64,000 nt of DNA from Felis catus (Eukaryota): assembly GCF_018350175.1 (NCBI RefSeq), contig NC_058368.1, positions 47,680,001-47,744,000 of the forward strand. Direction: 5' to 3'. The translations under genes were made by a program, and so were the position numbers. The notes under the pieces are model-generated. The model did no database searches, had not been told where the DNA came from, and worked only from the letters and a program-made list of their open reading frames with translations. Position 1 is the stretch's first letter. Each line of letters starts with the position of its first letter. Below, one piece after another: positions 61,637-64,000 of this stretch.

Positions 61637-64000
61637 AAACAAGACCTTTTTTAAAAAATTCAGGATGAAAGTAGAAGTTACCAGAAAAGACCCATAGCAT
61701 TCAAGTTCTTCTGAGTTCACATACTTTGATTTCTGTATTCATAAAGAATATGTGAGTAATACAGAGGTGCATCTTTGCATGGTTACACAGTACCTGAAAT
61801 GTACTTGCCTGTATTCTAGGGACTAGTTCTGTTTCATTTAAAAACATGTTATATGTACATATAACATACTTCCAGGTCTATAGAGGTAACCCTTATGGGG
61901 TTTGTGTTACTTGTAATGCATGTGTATTATATGGTGCCTCTGGTTCGAAATAATTATGGCTGCTTCTAGGCAAGTGTCAAGTGGTATATTGTACTTTTTA
62001 AAAGCATTTAAATGTGGGCATTCTACTGAAATTTGTAGATGCCTTTTGATGTATACATACATCAAGGGGCTATACCCATTGCCATCATTTAAAAGTTGCT
62101 TCTGACCACCTTTTAAAGAAAAGATTCACATATCACTTTGCCCTTACAAATCAGCATGATTGTTTAACTGACTCTTGAATCAAATAGAATAATCTGTAAC
62201 CAGCAGGATAGTTGTTTCTGCTCATATACTTTGCTATCTTTAATTTCATAATGAAGATTTAAAGTAATTCCGAGCACAGGCTTGGGGCCAAAAAAGGTAA
62301 AATGTATAGGAAAAAAAATTAAGGCTGTAGGTACAAAGAAAAATTTGCAAGAAATTGAAAAATTTTCTGGTGACTGCTACTGGTTTATTGGTATGCCTAT
62401 AAATATTGCTTTTACATCGAGTTTGGAAATTTCTTTGAAAATGGTGTTTATGGTTTAGTAAAAAGTGCTATTCTCCAAAGAAAAAAGTTCTGAAAAATTG
62501 TGAACTCAATACAGATGTTTGAAATCCTAGTGGCTTTTAGTCACATGTGTGGATATGTTCTGAACCCTAACGAATATGCTGCAGTGGTTGGGAAATTAGG
62601 GTATGGTAACATTTTTTAGATCATTTATCAGTCTCAGCTATCTGGAACAGGACAGAAAATGAGCAGTTGTACAGAGAAAGTCTTTGAGCAGCACCCAGGC
62701 TTGGCTCAGGTATCCCTTAGACCGAGACTGTATACATAGGCCTTTTCGTGGGCACCAAATCTCAGAACGGCTTGCCAAGAGTCGACAAGAAAAGGACAAT
62801 TGGAAGCACCCCCACAAAAGAAAATGGAAACCTACAATAACATAGGAACACAAACTGGGCTCAGTGAAGCATGGTACTGTCCGTACTGCATTTTACAGTG
62901 GGCTGTGTTTGGGGTGCTTTGTTTAATTAAGAAAGAATTCCACAGTAAGTTTTGGAAAGATTTTTAGCCCAAGCCTCATTTTAAGGGGGTAATCCCTATG
63001 TTGTGTCTCACCTGCTTGTGTGGAACACTTTATTTCCTAATGACATTTATGTTAAGGTGTTACTGTGTATACTTTAAAGCTATAATCTCTGCCCCAGATG
63101 ATTTTAGTTTCAGTTTAGGTACTAAAAAGCCCTGATGTAAAACTTTAATTTTCTATTCTACACAGGTCTTTATTCTACACTTATTATCTATTTAATGTAT
63201 TAGGTATAGATTTGCATCTAAAAATATCGACAAGGTTGACAATAATTTTCATTTGTGGTATTTTGCGACTAAAAGAAACATTCAAAATGTTCCAAACACG
63301 AGTTACTCTCTTTTTGTGGAATTGTGGAAGGGAGTGAAAGGCTTTAACAAACATATAGGAACAATTTCACTTCCTTAGAAAATTATTTAGAGCTAAAATC
63401 AGCACTAAGTCTCTCTCCCTCTTCCTGTAGGTAGCTAGTTAGATCCGATAGATGGCCTTAATTGACATCATACAGTTTGGATCTAGAGATCAGTACGTTG
63501 GTGTGTAACCTGGTAACCTGTGTTGTTAGAGGTGGAAAAGTTGTGCAGGATGAAATTATTTAGTATCCAATGGATTTTTTGAGTCTGTATTTGAAAAATA
63601 TGCAGGAAAAAGTGTCACATTTAGCTTGTGTCAGATGTTACTAGTTAAAATTCTTAAATTATTTTTATTTGCAGCTTTGAGATTTATTTTCTATATTGAT
63701 GGTTTCAAGCTTATATAAGAAAAGTAGTGGCTTAAGAGGCTTGCTAGTTTAGACCCCTGGAAAGGTATTTATGAGTGTGAAAGCTTAGAAACAATTTCTT
63801 TTTAATGACTCACTGGGAAGATTAAACTTTGCTTCTAGGACTTGTTCTTTCATCTGAAAAACATTTACATAGGAAATTGATTAAGCATTGTTTTGAGATG
63901 ATAAAGCTTATCGAAGGTTAAGAAGTAAAATTTGATTAAGCAAACATTTTGACTGATCTTGTGGAGAATCCAAAGAGAATCTTTTCTTCCCTTTTGTTCT

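Overview
Mammalian nuclear DNA, almost certainly from a felid (cat family), judged from dense tRNA-derived CanSINEs of the felid type and carnivore L1 3' ends. The window holds the last two coding exons and 3' UTR of PIBF1 (+ strand, stop at 16506-16508). A ~36 kb repeat-rich intergenic interval follows. Then come the CpG-island promoter and exons 1-3 of KLF5 (+ strand, ATG 53761); exon 4, with zinc fingers 2-3, lies beyond the window. Almost all other ORFs in the track are SINE, L1 or microsatellite artefacts. I see no convincing new gene system. The most interesting signals are retrotransposition footprints: a 35-nt U2 snRNA retrocopy with a target-site duplication, an L1 with an apparent 3' transduction, two different L1 copies each hit by a SINE at the same nucleotide, a triplicated target site that dates two insertions, and a palindromic site used on both strands. 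There are also candidate KLF5 regulatory elements: two orphan CpG-retaining patches, a possible upstream alternative first exon, and a transposon-free domain. Gene identities come from remembered human protein sequences. Repeat subfamily names and boundaries are read by eye and approximate.
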